A program made the translations under genes and the position numbers. DNA of 19,086 nucleotides from Candidatus Hydrothermarchaeota archaeon (GTDB lineage: Archaea > CAYFZR01): NCBI GenBank assembly GCA_046760505.1, contig JBHIEG010000030.1, forward strand, positions 1 through 19,086, given 5' to 3'. Below the pieces are notes generated by a model. That model made no database searches and had not been told where the DNA came from. It saw only the letters and a list, made by a program, of their open reading frames with translations. How positions within the stretch are numbered: the stretch's first letter is position 1; the number at the start of each line of letters is the position of its first letter. Positions 18,397 to 19,086 of the stretch are shown in pieces.

Positions 18397-18455
18397 ATCG
18401 AAAATTGTTCCAGATTTTTCGACTATAACATTAATTTTCTGGTAACAAGAAAATA

Positions 18456-18468
18456 TGCCGGGGGCGGG
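18456..18468 (-). mobile_element. Putative att site: tRNA 3'-end fragment CCCGCCCCCGGCA
   Basis: A GC-rich island in AT-rich DNA that parses as T-stem 3' strand (CCCGC), acceptor 3' strand (CCCCGGC) and discriminator A. It lies 53 nt before an integrase gene. Confidence 0.7.
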
Positions 18469-18485
18469 CATGAAATATAAGGTTC

Positions 18486-18504
18486 AAAACCCTTTTATAG
18501 GGTT
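18486..18504 (+). promoter_or_regulatory. Integrase promoter (TTTTATAG) embedded in inverted repeat AACCCT-TTTAT-AGGGTT
   Basis: The TATA-like element starts 29 nt before ATG 18522 and there is no Shine-Dalgarno, which fits a leaderless mRNA. Confidence 0.55.
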
Positions 18505-18521
18505 GGTTACACTTAAAGATC

Positions 18522-19086
18522 ATGGCTGAGATATATTCCATAAAGAGACAGTACGAATACAGGGTACGCAGCATAAGAGAAGATGAAAAAATAACTCCCA
18601 GGAACAAAGAACTAATCTTAGAATTTGAAAGAGATTTGTTTTCTGAAGGTTTGACCCTGCAGAGAGTTCTGTTTTATTTAAACAGGTTGCACATGATTGC
18701 TAGATGGATAGAAAAAGATTTGGATAAACTCGACAAAAAAGATGTTAAAAATCTTGTAGCGAGAATAGAGAGATCAGATTACTCAGAATGGACAAAAAAA
18801 GATTACAATGTGACCATTAAGAAATTTTACAAGTGGCTTAACGGCGGAGAGGAGTATCCAGAGCAAGTGAAATGGATAAGGACAACCATGAAGAAGGATA
18901 GGCAAAAACTTCCGGAAGATCTTCTTACCGAGGAGGAAGTTAAAAAATTAATTGAAAGTGCAGAGAACATAAGAGACAAGACCATGATAAGCGTTCTTTA
19001 CGAAGGAGGCCTTAGAATAGGAGAGCTCTTAGATACAAAGATAAAGCATGTTAGCTTTGACCGGCACGGTGCATCAATCTTGGTCC
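18522..19086 (+). CDS. Tyrosine recombinase/integrase (SNJ2-like archaeal type), truncated by the window end
   Basis: Manual translation is open to the end: MAEIYSIKRQYEY...YSEWTKKDYNVTIKKFYKWL...LPEDLLTEEEVKKLIESAENIRDKTMISVLYEGGLRIGELL. This includes the box I catalytic Arg. Confidence 0.92.
   Translation, partial: MAEIYSIKRQYEYRVRSIREDEKITPRNKELILEFERDLFSEGLTLQRVLFYLNRLHMIARWIEKDLDKLDKKDVKNLVARIERSDYSEWTKKDYNVTIKKFYKWLNGGEEYPEQVKWIRTTMKKDRQKLPEDLLTEEEVKKLIESAENIRDKTMISVLYEGGLRIGELLDTKIKHVSFDRHGASILV

Noticed and set aside
18400-18521. Complete tRNA gene or CRISPR repeat near the integrase
   Set aside because: Only 13 nt match a tRNA 3' end, with no T-loop, anticodon arm or D arm. No regularly spaced repeats were seen anywhere in the window.

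Overview
AT-rich archaeal chromosomal window, probably euryarchaeal (inferred from gene content and order only). Bases 61-12074 hold two conserved housekeeping blocks joined head to tail on the + strand. The first is rps2-MEMO1-mvk-ipk-fni-idsA (isoprenoid lipid precursor synthesis). The second is rpl7ae-rps28e-rpl24e-ndk-aIF5B-rps6e-aIF2gamma-PIN-rpoE'-rpoE''/spt4-DUF359-rps24e-rps27ae, where rps27ae was missed by the ORF track. Bases 12081-15917 are a mixed-strand variable region: a membrane protein, a hypothetical protein, family-4 UDG, YjbQ, a THUMP protein and a SAM methyltransferase. A thermosome gene is divergent from a Phr-like heat-shock repressor, with a Phr-type operator at the predicted thermosome start site. 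The window ends at the left boundary of a probable tRNA-targeting integrative element: a 13-nt tRNA 3'-end fragment (att) followed by a tyrosine integrase that runs off the window and is not in the ORF track. The most notable signals are a probable AUA start codon for aIF2gamma, a tandem double kink-turn burying the rpl7ae Shine-Dalgarno sequence, the Phr operator/thermosome pair and the att/integrase junction. All calls were made by eye, with no database searches.
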